From Desulfobacterales bacterium (GTDB lineage: Bacteria > Desulfobacterota > Desulfobacteria > Desulfobacterales > UBA5616), in assembly GCA_046483495.1 (NCBI GenBank), contig JAWODC010000051.1, forward strand, positions 1-60,364: a DNA stretch of 60,364 bases. The letters are read 5' to 3'. The notes below the pieces were generated by a model that was given only the letters and a program-made list of their open reading frames with translations, ran no database searches and was not told the origin of the DNA. Below, in pieces: positions 48,443 to 60,364 of this stretch. Made by a program: the position numbers and the translations under genes. Within the stretch, counting starts at the first letter, position 1. Each line of letters starts with the position of its first letter.

Positions 48443-48487
48443 GGGTTATGGGTTATGGGGGTTATGGGTATGGATGGAGGGGTGGGG
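48443..48487 (+). repeat. (GGGTTAT)n G-tract array, potential G-quadruplex
   Basis: GGG-TTAT-GGG-TTAT-GGGGG-TTAT-GGG...GGGG-T-GGGG. Confidence 0.7.
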
Positions 48488-48525
48488 CGGTTTGCCGGCA
48501 TTGGGTTCACATTACGGGTAATTGA

Positions 48526-48924
48526 ATGACGAAAGAAAAACGCGACAAATCGATTTCAACGTTTCTGGGCCCTGAAGCGCTCATCGAGGGAACGATTCAT
48601 TTTAGGAACACGATTCGTATCGATGGCTGCATCAAGGGTACTATAAAAGGTGAAACCGGCACACTCGTCATCGGCAAAACGGCCGATATTCGAGCGGAAA
48701 TCTACGTGCGTGAGGCGGTTATCATGGGGCGGGTTCACGGTGATATCGCAGCTGAAAATCGAATCGAGATCTATTCCCCCGCGGAGGTAACCGGAAACAT
48801 TCGCGCACCGGTCATTTCCATTGAAAAAGGGGTTACATTCAACGGCAATTGCGGCATTACGAGACCTTCTTCCGAATCCGGGGCCGAACCCATTAGTGGT
48901 GAAGATCCTATCGAGGATGCCTGA
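48526..48924 (+). CDS. Bactofilin (polymer-forming cytoskeletal protein)
   Basis: ISTFLG...IEGTI.F...IRIDG...G.V.GDI...V.GNI.AP.ISIEKG..FNGNC. Confidence 0.92.
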   Translation: MTKEKRDKSISTFLGPEALIEGTIHFRNTIRIDGCIKGTIKGETGTLVIGKTADIRAEIYVREAVIMGRVHGDIAAENRIEIYSPAEVTGNIRAPVISIEKGVTFNGNCGITRPSSESGAEPISGEDPIEDA

Positions 48925-49048
48925 ATTTTATGTGCCGGGCAGACGTTGGTCTTTCGGATTAAAATTGACGGCTTATGGAACACTATTCGAGTCCGGTCGA
49001 CCCTGCTTGGAGGCCCTTCCGGTACCCTGCAAATTTTTCAAAAAACCT

Positions 49049-49077
49049 TTGACAAGACAGTTTTCGTAATGTAATAG
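49049..49077 (+). promoter_or_regulatory. Putative sigma70 promoter of the atp operon
   Basis: TTGACA at 49049, then TGTAAT/TAATAG at 15/17 bp spacing. Confidence 0.5.
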
Positions 49078-49200
49078 TCCGTCTTTCTACAAGGTTAAAT
49101 CGGATGGAGAATCCATTTCGGGGACTTTGGTCCGGGCGGCAGAGGCCGTTCGCATGGTCCGTTTGGCATATGTTTAGATGAGCGGCAACGGAGGAAATGA

Positions 49201-49719
49201 ATGAGAGTTTCTAGTTTGTGCCGGATCGGTCTGGCTGCGGCTTTTATTTTGTCAAGCATGCCTGTTGGAAATGCCTGGGGCGCATCGATTACAGTTTTGC
49301 CGGATGCATCCGTAATAATTCAGATCTTGAATTTTGTTTTTTTGATCTGGGCGCTCAATGTCGTTTTGTATAAGCCGATTCGCGGTATTCTGGTAAAAAG
49401 AAGCGAGAAAATCGACAACCTTGAAGAAACCATCGAGGGACTGCACGGTGATGCGGAGCAGAAAGAAAACGATTGGGTCGTCGGCATCCGTACGGCAAGA
49501 GCAAAGGGCCTCGAAGAAAAGGCTGCGCTGATTCAGGCCGCTGAAAACGAAGAAAAGCGCATCATCGAAAAAATCAATCAAAAAGCTTCCGAAGACCTTT
49601 CCAACATGCGCAGCAAAATCAAAAGCGATATTGACGATGTCAGAACCGCTCTTCAGAAAGATGTGGATACATTTGTCGATGCAATCGGCCGGAAAATACT
49701 GGGAAGGAGTGTTTCATGA
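49201..49719 (+). CDS. atpF: ATP synthase F0 subunit b'
   Basis: QILNF..LIWALN..LYKPIR.IL..R followed by a charged helix; first of two b genes. Confidence 0.88.
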   Translation: MRVSSLCRIGLAAAFILSSMPVGNAWGASITVLPDASVIIQILNFVFLIWALNVVLYKPIRGILVKRSEKIDNLEETIEGLHGDAEQKENDWVVGIRTARAKGLEEKAALIQAAENEEKRIIEKINQKASEDLSNMRSKIKSDIDDVRTALQKDVDTFVDAIGRKILGRSVS

Positions 49720-50327
49720 AAGGACCTGATGCAAGCCGAAGATGCGGGCGCCACAAGATAGCGCTTTTTACGCTTGTTTTTTCGATGCTGATCTTCTGGT
49801 GCGGACCCGCAATGGCTGTGCCTGATGAACATGCCCACGGCGAAACCGCCGTTGGATGGGTTGCCACGGATACCTACCGCGTCATTAACTTCACGATTTT
49901 GGCCGCAGGGCTCTTTTTCCTGTTGAGAAAACCCGTTGTACGGGCACTGAATGCGCGTATTACCGGAATCAAAAACCAACTGAGCGAACTGGAAGCTAAA
50001 AAGGAAGCAGCGGAAAAAGAGCTCGCGGCCTACCATGACAAACTGGCGCAGTTGGAAAAAGAAGCGGAGAAGATTGTAGCGGAATACGTCAAACAGGGAG
50101 ACCAGGCAAAAGAAAGAATACTTAAAGAGGCCGAGTTGACCGCCGTAAAAATGGAAGAAAAAGCCCGCCGGAATATTGAACATGAGTTCAAACAGGCCAA
50201 ACGCCAACTCCAGAGCGAGGTCCTGGAACAGGCACTTGAAAAGGCTCAGAAAACGATCGTCGAAAAAATTACATCGGAAGATCATGACAGACTGGTCGAT
50301 GAATATATAGAGAAGGTGGTGGCATAG
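49716..50327 (+). CDS. atpF: ATP synthase F0 subunit b
   Basis: YRVINF.IL...L..LLRKP....L.AR...I followed by a coiled coil. Confidence 0.9.
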   Translation: MKGPDASRRCGRHKIALFTLVFSMLIFWCGPAMAVPDEHAHGETAVGWVATDTYRVINFTILAAGLFFLLRKPVVRALNARITGIKNQLSELEAKKEAAEKELAAYHDKLAQLEKEAEKIVAEYVKQGDQAKERILKEAELTAVKMEEKARRNIEHEFKQAKRQLQSEVLEQALEKAQKTIVEKITSEDHDRLVDEYIEKVVA

Positions 50328-50878
50328 TGAAAAATCTGGCGATAGCACGGCGGTATGCCAAAGCGCTTTTGTTGATCGGAAAAGAGGATGGCCGGGCGGA
50401 AGATTATCGAACGGAGCTTGTCGAGTTAAGTGAATTGATTCAAAACGAATCTCAACTCGCTTCAGTGATCAATAATCCGCTTTATGACACGGTGTCGCGG
50501 AAAAGAGTGCTCGGTGCGATCATTGAAAAATTGGGATTGTCCCCTGTAATGAAATCCTTTCTTCTTTTGGTGTTTGACAAGGGACGATTTAATTTTCTGC
50601 CTGAAATATCGAATAACTATCAAACACTGGCGGATGAATTGAAAGGTGTGGCACGGGCAGAATTGACTTCTGCGGTGAAGCTTTCCAATGAGACGATTGA
50701 AAAAATCCGCGGCTCATTGTCTAAAATGATCGACAAGGAAGTTAAGCTGGATGTGAAACAGGATTCGAGTTTAATCGGGGGGATTGTCACGCAAATTGGG
50801 GATCTTGTTTTGGACGGAAGTATAAAAACACAATTACTCAATATGAGGGAATCTTTAAAAAGGGGTGAGAGTGTCTAA
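50327..50878 (+). CDS. atpH: ATP synthase delta subunit
   Basis: IARRYAKAL and D.SLIGG....IGD.VLDGS motifs. Confidence 0.96.
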   Translation: MKNLAIARRYAKALLLIGKEDGRAEDYRTELVELSELIQNESQLASVINNPLYDTVSRKRVLGAIIEKLGLSPVMKSFLLLVFDKGRFNFLPEISNNYQTLADELKGVARAELTSAVKLSNETIEKIRGSLSKMIDKEVKLDVKQDSSLIGGIVTQIGDLVLDGSIKTQLLNMRESLKRGESV

Positions 50879-52395
50879 TGGAACTAAGAGCCGAAGAAAT
50901 CAGTCAAATTATCAAGGAACAGATTAAGGATTACGACAAAAAGGTCGAACTGAGTGAGACCGGCGTCGTACTGTCGGTGGGCGACGGAATCGCCAGGGTT
51001 TACGGTCTGGAAAAAGTCATGGCACTGGAACTCGTGGAATTCCCCGGTGGCATATTGGGACTGGCGCTGAACCTCGAAGAGGATAACGTGGGTGTTGCCA
51101 TTATGGGTGAAGACATCCACATCAAAGAAGGGGATATCGTCAAGCGGACCGAAAGGATCGCTCAGGTTCCCGTGGGTGAAGCGGTGCTGGGTCGTGTCGT
51201 ATCCTCAGTCGGCGACCCCCTCGATGGTAAAGGCCCTATCGATTCTTCGGAGACGCGGCGTGTTGAAATGGTCGCCCCGGGTGTTATCGCCAGGAAAAGT
51301 GTTCATGAACCCATGTACACGGGCCTTAAAGCGATTGACTCGATGACGCCGGTAGGCAGGGGGCAGCGCGAACTGATTATCGGTGACCGTCAGATCGGCA
51401 AGACCGCTGTCGCAATCGACTCCATTCTCGCCCAGAAAGGCCAGAATGTCTATTGCATCTATGTCGCCTGCGGACAGAAAAAATCGACCGTGGCACAGGT
51501 CGTTTCCGTCCTGGAAAAATACGGAGCGATGGAATATACAACCGTGGTTTCGGCTACGGCCAGCGAGCCGGCCACTTTGCAGTATATCGCACCGTATGCC
51601 GGATGTGCCATGGGGGAATACTTCCGCGATAAGGGCCAACATGCGCTGATTGTTTATGATGACCTTTCCAAGCAGGCCGCTGCATACCGGCAGGTATCTC
51701 TACTGTTGAGACGCCCCCCCGGAAGGGAGGCGTATCCTGGCGATATTTTTTACAACCACTCCAGGTTGCTTGAAAGAGCCGCCAAATTGAACGATGAACT
51801 CGGCGCCGGTTCATTAACCGCTCTTCCGATCATCGAAACGCAGGCCGGTGACGTTTCCGCCTACATACCCACCAACGTTATTTCGATCACCGACGGCCAA
51901 ATTTACCTGGAGCCGGGTCTGTTTTTCGCCGGTGTCCGTCCTTCCATCAATGTGGGACTTTCCGTATCCCGGGTAGGTGGTGCAGCCCAGATTAAGGCGA
52001 TGAAACAGGTCGCCGGCACACTTCGACTCGATCTGGCTCAATACCGGGAGCTTGAAGCCTTCGCAGCATTTGGAAGCGATCTCGATGCATCCACGCAAAA
52101 GCAGCTGGTGCGTGGCGAGCGTCTCGTTGAAGTGCTGAAACAGCCCCAGTATCAACCGCTGCCGGTTGAGAAGCAGGTCATGATCATATTTGCCGGTACG
52201 AAAGGATTTCTGGACAAATATCCGGCGGATGTCATCACAAAATATGAGGCCGGCTTATACCCGTTTATCGAAGATCGATATTCTCAAATTTTCTCCGAAT
52301 TGGTCGAAAAGCAAGCCATTTCCGATGATCTGGAGAAATTGATGAGAGAAGCTTTAAACGCATACGACGAAGAATTCAAAGACACCATAAAATAA
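50878..52395 (+). CDS. atpA: ATP synthase alpha subunit
   Basis: [14 protein letters not shown] and [10 protein letters not shown] motifs. Confidence 0.98.
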   Translation: MELRAEEISQIIKEQIKDYDKKVELSETGVVLSVGDGIARVYGLEKVMALELVEFPGGILGLALNLEEDNVGVAIMGEDIHIKEGDIVKRTERIAQVPVGEAVLGRVVSSVGDPLDGKGPIDSSETRRVEMVAPGVIARKSVHEPMYTGLKAIDSMTPVGRGQRELIIGDRQIGKTAVAIDSILAQKGQNVYCIYVACGQKKSTVAQVVSVLEKYGAMEYTTVVSATASEPATLQYIAPYAGCAMGEYFRDKGQHALIVYDDLSKQAAAYRQVSLLLRRPPGREAYPGDIFYNHSRLLERAAKLNDELGAGSLTALPIIETQAGDVSAYIPTNVISITDGQIYLEPGLFFAGVRPSINVGLSVSRVGGAAQIKAMKQVAGTLRLDLAQYRELEAFAAFGSDLDASTQKQLVRGERLVEVLKQPQYQPLPVEKQVMIIFAGTKGFLDKYPADVITKYEAGLYPFIEDRYSQIFSELVEKQAISDDLEKLMREALNAYDEEFKDTIK

Positions 52396-52441
52396 TCCAA
52401 TCACAGCGGTGCTCCCGGTTTTAGGATAAGGACGGAATTGT

Positions 52442-53329
52442 ATGCCTAGTTTAAAAGACGTAAAGATAAAAATCGGCGCGGTTAAAAAAACCCAACAAAT
52501 CACGAAAGCCATGAACATGGTCGCGACTTCGCGGTTACGCGGCGCTCAGACGAACATGGACAGGTTTAGACCCTATGCTGCGAAATTTTCTGAGGTGTTG
52601 GGCGGACTGGCGGGAAAAGCGGACGCCGAGGCAAGCCCCCTGCTGGTTCCGCGGAGCATCGTCAACAATATACATATCATCCTGTGCACCTCCGATCGGG
52701 GGCTCTGCGGTGGATTCAATGTAAGCCTGGTAGAGGCTGCTGAGAAGTTGATTGCCGAAAAATCGCATCCCGGAGTTTCCATTTCATTGACGGCATTTGG
52801 AAAAAAAGGAAGGGATTGGGCCAAAAAGCGAAAAATCGATCTCAAAGACGAATACATCGGGGTCGTTGGAACCAAATTCGGATTTAATTTGGCGATAAAC
52901 GCCGGCAGAAAACTGATCGACAGGTTTCTGGATGAATATTACGATGAAGTGTATATCGTATATGCCGAGTTTTTCAGCATGGGGAAACAGATTCCCACGA
53001 TAAAGCAGCTTCTGCCCATTCCGCCCATCGAAATGGTTGAAGAAGAATCCCCGGAAGCCGAGTATTTGCCGGAACATATCAGTGAACCTTCGCCGGGTGA
53101 ATTGCTTGATGAACTGTTGCCGCGCAACATTTATGTTCAATTGTTCAGTTCGCTTTTGGAAACGTCCACAAGTGAACATGCGGCACGAATGACCGCCATG
53201 GACAATGCAACAAAAGCCTGTAAAGATATGCTCGAAAACCTGACGCTTGTTTACAATAAAGCGCGGCAGGCCGCCATTACTTCGGAGCTGATGGATATCG
53301 TCGGCGGTGCTGAAGCTCTCAGAGGATAA
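52442..53329 (+). CDS. atpG: ATP synthase gamma subunit
   Basis: ITKAM.MVA, SDRGLCGGFN, ARMTAMDNA and RQAAITSEL motifs. Confidence 0.97.
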   Translation: MPSLKDVKIKIGAVKKTQQITKAMNMVATSRLRGAQTNMDRFRPYAAKFSEVLGGLAGKADAEASPLLVPRSIVNNIHIILCTSDRGLCGGFNVSLVEAAEKLIAEKSHPGVSISLTAFGKKGRDWAKKRKIDLKDEYIGVVGTKFGFNLAINAGRKLIDRFLDEYYDEVYIVYAEFFSMGKQIPTIKQLLPIPPIEMVEEESPEAEYLPEHISEPSPGELLDELLPRNIYVQLFSSLLETSTSEHAARMTAMDNATKACKDMLENLTLVYNKARQAAITSELMDIVGGAEALRG

Positions 53330-53369
53330 AATATTACCTTGCACTACCTTTATATATAGGAGGTTATAG

Positions 53370-54785
<1,416 letters not shown>

Positions 54786-54803
54786 TACATAAGAGGCTGG
54801 GTT

Positions 54804-55226
54804 ATGGCAAAAAACATTCGATTGGAAGTTGTTACGCCGGAAAAGGCCGTTGTTAACGAAGACGCGCAAATTGTTGTGGCGCCCGGCGTGTTAGGGGAAT
54901 TCGGCGTTCTGGTAGGGCATACACCTTTTATGACGACACTTAAACTGGGTACGGTTCGCTACACGGATGCGTCCGGAGTTGAAAGGTGCGTTTTCATCAG
55001 CGGTGGATTTGCAGAAGCTCTTCCGAACAAAGTAACGGTATTGGCCGAATCAGCCGAACGGCGGTGCGATATCGATCTCGAACGTGCAAAGACCGCTTTG
55101 GAGCGGGCCGAGAAGCGTTTGGCCGAACAGACCGCCAAAGAAGACATCGATTTTGCCCGGGCCAGAGCGGCTTTGGAACGGGCATTACACCGGTTGAAGT
55201 TGGCTGAGACACGCAAATCCCAGTAA
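54804..55226 (+). CDS. atpC: ATP synthase epsilon subunit
   Basis: LEVVTPE, GEFGVL.GH and SGGFAE motifs. Confidence 0.96.
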   Translation: MAKNIRLEVVTPEKAVVNEDAQIVVAPGVLGEFGVLVGHTPFMTTLKLGTVRYTDASGVERCVFISGGFAEALPNKVTVLAESAERRCDIDLERAKTALERAEKRLAEQTAKEDIDFARARAALERALHRLKLAETRKSQ

Positions 55227-55247
55227 GCACCTGATTTTAACGAAAAC

Positions 55248-55276
55248 AAAAGCAAGCCGAATGGCTTGCTTTTTTT
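55248..55276 (+). terminator. Rho-independent terminator of the atp operon
   Basis: AAAAGCAAGCC-GAAT-GGCTTGCT followed by a T run. Confidence 0.85.
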
Positions 55277-55459
55277 GTGATACGATTTTAACGGCGATTT
55301 CAGTTGCAATGTGTAAAAAACCGTATTGTATTATTCAGACATATCCGATACATGCAGTCTGTCGATTGCCCGTTTTTTTTAACCCGCTGTCTCGCAAAAC
55401 AAAACAGCTTGACTTTGATCGAAATAGAGGATTATATTAGCCGAAAATGAGGTGAGAGA

Positions 55460-55699
55460 TTGGATAACGAGGTTATTTTTTCGCAATTTGAAGATCTTGA
55501 GAAAAAAATTGAAAATCTTATCAGAACCTGTCGATCATTGGAGTTAAACAACTCGGAACTAAAAGAAAAAATCGAAAGGTTGGAAGAGGAACTGAAAGGC
55601 AAGATAGAGGCGGAAAACAATTATCATCAGGAAAGGGAATTGATCCGATCTAAGGTTGACAATCTCTTGGGTAAATTAGCAGATCTTGATGACGATTAA
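55460..55699 (+). CDS. zapB: Cell division protein ZapB-like coiled coil
   Basis: 79-aa coiled coil (F..LE.KIE.L...ER..IRSKVD.LL.KL) upstream of zapA. Confidence 0.75.
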   Translation: MDNEVIFSQFEDLEKKIENLIRTCRSLELNNSELKEKIERLEEELKGKIEAENNYHQERELIRSKVDNLLGKLADLDDD

Positions 55700-55751
55700 T
55701 CCAAACGGGGTTCGTTTCGAGAGTCTTTTGTAAAGGTTGATTGTTTATCCG

Positions 55752-56054
55752 GTGGAGAACCTTATTACTATAAACCTTTTTGGTCAAACCTATACATTTA
55801 AGACCGAGTCCGAAATGGTCAGGGCAAAGGCTGTTGCGGATTTGGTGGTTGAAGAAGTGGACCGGGTTCAGGAGCGTGTGGCCCAACAGACGGGTGAGTT
55901 GCCGAAACTCGCGGTTATGATTTTAGCGGCACTGAATCTGGCAAATGAGAATTATGATCTAAGGGCAAATCGATCGGAGCTCATTCATAAAATGACGGAA
56001 AAATCGAGTCGATTAATGCGGATGATCGAGTCGGGTTGCGCCGATGTTCCGTAA
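55752..56054 (+). CDS. zapA: Cell division protein ZapA
   Basis: I.LFGQTY...VA.LV...ILAALNLANE motif; lies before 6S RNA. Confidence 0.85.
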   Translation: MENLITINLFGQTYTFKTESEMVRAKAVADLVVEEVDRVQERVAQQTGELPKLAVMILAALNLANENYDLRANRSELIHKMTEKSSRLMRMIESGCADVP

Positions 56055-56159
56055 TTCGGTTGGAGCCGGAAATACAATCAACGTTTGCCGATGCCTGTGA
56101 GTTAGTTGTAACAAGAATGTTGCCCATAGTGTAAGTTACGGATTAATTGCAATGTTTAT

Positions 56160-56341
56160 AACCCCTACCATGTTCGTGATAGGCAGAACCCCTTTGACCC
56201 AACAGGAGAAAAATAAGGGGGCCTTCCCTGGTTTTGGTGAGCAGGTTCCGCTTGTACGGAAAAGCCTAAAGAAACTATAAAGGCACCCACCTTGAACGTA
56301 AAGGTTCAAAGGTCAGGCCACACGGCATTAAGGTAGGGGTT
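56160..56341 (+). ncRNA. ssrS: 6S RNA
   Basis: ~182 nt with complementary ends (AACCCCTACC/GGTAGGGGTT), TGTTCG...CACGGC and CCCACCT..TTGAAC..GGTTCAA segments; directly downstream of zapA. Confidence 0.85.
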
Positions 56342-56561
56342 TCCCCCTATGATTATCCACTTTAGATGGTCGGATCATTAGCATTTTGCTTGTCCCTCAT
56401 CCTTTCCGGAGTCTTATTCCCCATCTCATTTAATTTTCAGGCCGAATAGTATGATTGGCCCCTCATCGGGGTAATGTTATGATCGGATCTTGCATCATGA
56501 TTATCCCCGCTGAAAAAAACAGGTATAACAAAACTATTTGAATGCCCAAGGAGAAACAGGG

Positions 56562-58121
56562 ATGGAGTATACGATATTAATCGGACTTATATTTTTCGGT
56601 CTTGGCTGGGCGGCATCCTATGTGATCAAGCTGAAACAGGTGTCGTTCAAAATAAAAAACGGCGAAGCAGAAGCGGCCAAGAAGATCAGGGACGCTGAAC
56701 ACAGTGCCGATACGATCCTTAAAACAGCCGAACTGGATGCAAAGGACCTGCTTTTCAGGATGAAAAGCGATTTCGATGCCGAGACGAAGGAAACCCGGCA
56801 GGAATTGAAGAAAAAAGAAAAGCGGCTCATGCAAAAAGAGGAGCACATCGACCTCAAAATCGAAGATTATGAAAAACGATTCAAAGAGATTGTGCGCAAG
56901 GAAAAGCAGCTTTTGATTCAGGAGGAAGCGGTCAATGAAAATGAAAAAAAGTATGCGTTGCTGATCGAGGAGCAGCAGAAACAGCTGGAACAGATTTCAG
57001 GTTTAACGACTGAACAGGCCAAAGACCTCTTGATGCGGGCGATCGAAAATGAAGCCCGGTATGAAAGTGCCAAAATGATAAAGCGAATAGAGGGGGAAGC
57101 CAGGGAAGAAGCGGAAAAAAAGGCGAAGAACATTATAGCTACGTCCATTCAGCGATATGCGGCGGAGTTTATTTCAGAACGGGCCGTATCCGTGGTTCAG
57201 CTGCCGAATGATGAAATGAAAGGCCGCATCATCGGCAGGGAAGGGCGGAATATCCGGGCCCTTGAAGCCGCTACCGGGATAGACCTTATCATTGATGATA
57301 CACCGGAGGCCGTCATTTTATCCGGCTTCAATCCGGTCAGGCGTGAGGTCGCCCGGTTGTCTCTAACGAAACTCATTTCGGATGGCAGGATCCATCCGGC
57401 AAGAATTGAAGATATCGTCAAAAAAGTTGAGCAGGAAGTGGAGAAAACGATCAAAGAGGCCGGTGAGCAGGCTGTGTTCGATTTGGGTGTACACGGCATT
57501 AATCCGGAATTGATCAAGTATCTCGGTCGGTTGAAATTTCGGACGAGCTATGCGCAGAATGTGTTGCAGCATTCGGTTGAAGTCGGATTTTTATGCGGCA
57601 TTATGGCCGCCGAACTGGGGCTGAATCAAAAGCTGGCCAGAAGAATGGGGCTGCTGCATGACCTGGGCAAAGCTGTCGACCATGAGGTTGAAGGCCCTCA
57701 CGCGCTTATCGGCTCTCGTTTGGCAAAAAAGTTCGGTGAATCTCCCAAAATCGTTCATGCCATTGCGGCGCATCATGAAGACGTGCCGCCGAATTCCGTG
57801 TATGCCTTGTTGGTGCAAGCTGCCGATAGTTTATCCGGCGCCCGACCCGGGGCCCGAAAGGAAATGCTGGAAAATTATATCAAACGGCTTGAAGATCTTG
57901 AGAGCATCGCCAACGCTTTCAATGGCGTATCCAACACATACGCGATTCAGGCAGGAAGAGAGCTGAGGGTCATTGTCGAAAGCGAAAAAATAAATGATGA
58001 GGAATCCACGCTTCTCAGCCGGGATATTGCGCGAAAAATCGAAGAGACACTCACATTCCCCGGCCAGATCAAGGTGACGGTCATACGCGAAACACGGGCT
58101 GTCGAGTACGCAAATAAATAG
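56562..58121 (+). CDS. rny: Ribonuclease Y
   Basis: TM anchor, coiled coil, KH domain ([13 protein letters not shown]) and HD domain (LLHDLGK). Confidence 0.97.
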   Translation: MEYTILIGLIFFGLGWAASYVIKLKQVSFKIKNGEAEAAKKIRDAEHSADTILKTAELDAKDLLFRMKSDFDAETKETRQELKKKEKRLMQKEEHIDLKIEDYEKRFKEIVRKEKQLLIQEEAVNENEKKYALLIEEQQKQLEQISGLTTEQAKDLLMRAIENEARYESAKMIKRIEGEAREEAEKKAKNIIATSIQRYAAEFISERAVSVVQLPNDEMKGRIIGREGRNIRALEAATGIDLIIDDTPEAVILSGFNPVRREVARLSLTKLISDGRIHPARIEDIVKKVEQEVEKTIKEAGEQAVFDLGVHGINPELIKYLGRLKFRTSYAQNVLQHSVEVGFLCGIMAAELGLNQKLARRMGLLHDLGKAVDHEVEGPHALIGSRLAKKFGESPKIVHAIAAHHEDVPPNSVYALLVQAADSLSGARPGARKEMLENYIKRLEDLESIANAFNGVSNTYAIQAGRELRVIVESEKINDEESTLLSRDIARKIEETLTFPGQIKVTVIRETRAVEYANK

Positions 58122-58227
58122 TGCTGATTGGACAAACGTCCTGTCTCCAATAAAGGCTCCAATTTTTTCAGGATGGCCGTATATTACGGGAGCGGATTTT
58201 AACCGGAAGCGGTGATTGAGGAAACAA

Positions 58228-59517
58228 ATGGCAAATGTTCTTGATGTGTTGCAGGAACGCGGATTTATTGAACAGAAGACGCATGAAGATGAGCTGTATG
58301 CATATCTCTCGCCGGGTGGAGCTTCGTGTTACATCGGATTCGATCCCACCGCATCGAGCCTTCACGCGGGAAGTTTGGTGCCGATTATGGCATTGGCGCA
58401 CATGCAGCGCCACGGACACCGGCCCATAGCATTGGTCGGCGGGGGAACCGGTTTGGTAGGTGATCCAAGCGGAAAAACCGAAATGCGTCAGATTATGACC
58501 GTTGAGGCGGTGAATGAGAATGCAGAAGCGATAAAGCGCCAGCTTTCCCGGTTTATTGAATTTGATAACGATAAGGCCATTCTCGTCAATAATGCGGATT
58601 GGTTGGCGGAATTGCAATACATTCCGTTTTTGAGGGACATCGGCCGTCATTTCAGCGTCAACCGGATGATAAAAGCCGAAAGCTGCAGATTAAGGATGGA
58701 GTCGGATGAGGGACTTAGCTTCATAGAGTTTAATTATATGCTGCTGCAGGCATATGATTTCTATATTCTAAATGATATGTTTCAATGCGGGCTTCAGATG
58801 GGGGGCAGTGATCAATGGGGAAATATTGTCGCCGGCATCGAACTGATACGGCGCATAAAACAGAAAACCGCGTTCGGCATTACGTTTCCCTTGATTACGA
58901 CCAGCAGCGGCGCCAAGATGGGAAAAACCGCCGAAGGGGCGGTGTGGCTCGATGAGAACAGGACACCACCCTACGACTATTTCCAATATTGGGTGAATGC
59001 AGACGATAAGGATATAGGCCGATTTTTAGCCTTGTACACCTTTTTGCCCATGGATGAGATTAAAAAAGTTTACGGCCTTAGAGAAGCGGACCTGAATGCG
59101 GCAAAGGCGGTGCTGGCTTTCGAAACGACACGCTTGGTCCACGGCATGGATGCCGCTTTGGGAGCGTACCAATCAGCGGCAAATATATTTGGATCACGAT
59201 GTATTCCTGATCAGATCCTGCCCTCAAGTAAAATACCGCGAACGGTAACCGGCATTGACGATGCTTCGGCACCTCAAACCGTCATCGATATTGCTGAACT
59301 GAAGAAGGGGATACCGGCATTTAAACTGTTTCACACCGTTGGGTTGGCCCAAACAGGCGGAGCCGCCCGCCGGCTTATTTCCCAAGGAGGCGCCTACGTG
59401 AATGGACAGCGGATTCTGCAATTTGATCAGCTAATTACAGATAAAGATATCAAGGGCTTGGAGATCCTGCTCCGGTCCGGCAAGAAAAAATATCACAAGA
59501 TAAAAATAAAAGTTTAA
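58228..59517 (+). CDS. tyrS: Tyrosine--tRNA ligase
   Basis: YIGFDPTA.SLHAG, GGSDQWGN and KMGKT motifs; C-terminal S4 domain. Confidence 0.97.
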   Translation: MANVLDVLQERGFIEQKTHEDELYAYLSPGGASCYIGFDPTASSLHAGSLVPIMALAHMQRHGHRPIALVGGGTGLVGDPSGKTEMRQIMTVEAVNENAEAIKRQLSRFIEFDNDKAILVNNADWLAELQYIPFLRDIGRHFSVNRMIKAESCRLRMESDEGLSFIEFNYMLLQAYDFYILNDMFQCGLQMGGSDQWGNIVAGIELIRRIKQKTAFGITFPLITTSSGAKMGKTAEGAVWLDENRTPPYDYFQYWVNADDKDIGRFLALYTFLPMDEIKKVYGLREADLNAAKAVLAFETTRLVHGMDAALGAYQSAANIFGSRCIPDQILPSSKIPRTVTGIDDASAPQTVIDIAELKKGIPAFKLFHTVGLAQTGGAARRLISQGGAYVNGQRILQFDQLITDKDIKGLEILLRSGKKKYHKIKIKV

Positions 59518-59524
59518 AAAACGC

Positions 59525-59737
59525 TTGACCAATCAGAAAACACCATGTAAATAGCGCATCACGTTTTGAGAAAAGAAACCTGAGCGGTCATATAAATCAA
59601 AACGTATGAAAAAAAGATTGACAGTAGAAGAAAAATTGGATATGAAATAAGCTTTAAGTTATTGAATTCTCGGATTGAAATAAGTTACTACAAGCCGGGA
59701 AAAAATGATTGACAAATCAAAACCCAAACAGTATATT
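59525..59737 (+). promoter_or_regulatory. Three tandem rRNA promoters
   Basis: TTGACC-N17-TAAATA (59525), TTGACA-N17-TATGAA (59618) and TTGACA-N17-TATATT (59709), each preceded by A-tracts. Confidence 0.65.
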
Positions 59738-59793
59738 ATAACTCTTTTCAAATAATCGCCGAAACGTTCGGCACGTCAATTACATGACGGATT

Positions 59794-59806
59794 TGATCTT
59801 TGAAAA
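59794..59806 (+). promoter_or_regulatory. rRNA leader boxA antitermination site
   Basis: TGATCTTTGAAAA in the 16S leader. Confidence 0.75.
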
Positions 59807-59879
59807 CTAAATAGTGACAGCTTGTGAGTTAGGTCTTACGTAAAATGTTTCTTGCTTGTCGAGAGACGTTTAAGAGTTC

Positions 59880-60364
<485 letters not shown>

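Overview
A 60.4 kb chromosomal segment, probably a whole contig: it starts in a perfect fold-back repeat and ends inside a 16S rRNA gene. The 16S start and gene order suggest an anaerobic Desulfobacterota (Desulfobacterales-like) bacterium. Left arm (0.3-18 kb): TetR with a TolC/MFP/RND efflux pump, a 2-oxoacid:acceptor oxidoreductase whose delta subunit is fused to a GltD-like flavoprotein, a crotonase, a nitronate monooxygenase-like protein, a DNA glycosylase, a nitroreductase, an IscU-like scaffold, a radical SAM protein and prmA. Middle (18-40 kb): two gene fragments and a GNAT-nitrilase gene, then a ~19.7 kb island at the 3' end of tRNA-Pro(GGG), bounded by ~97 bp direct repeats. I could recognise no integrase or regulator in it. 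Its cargo is catabolic: DUF1302/DUF1329 envelope proteins, a Cys-type W/Mo oxidoreductase with an Fe-S partner, a CoA ligase, and an operon of three consecutive catalytic/non-catalytic enzyme pairs (MaoC hydratases, family III CoA transferases, acyl-CoA dehydrogenases). Right arm (40-60 kb): core genes including an LD-carboxypeptidase, mreBCD-mrdA-rodA, bactofilin, atpF'FHAGDC, zapBA, 6S RNA, rny, tyrS and the partial 16S. The main candidates for something undescribed are a four-copy ~143 bp hairpin element with covarying stems and conserved internal loops, and the island's putative anaerobic pathway for a bulky hydrophobic substrate. All product calls come from motif recognition by eye; no database searches were run.
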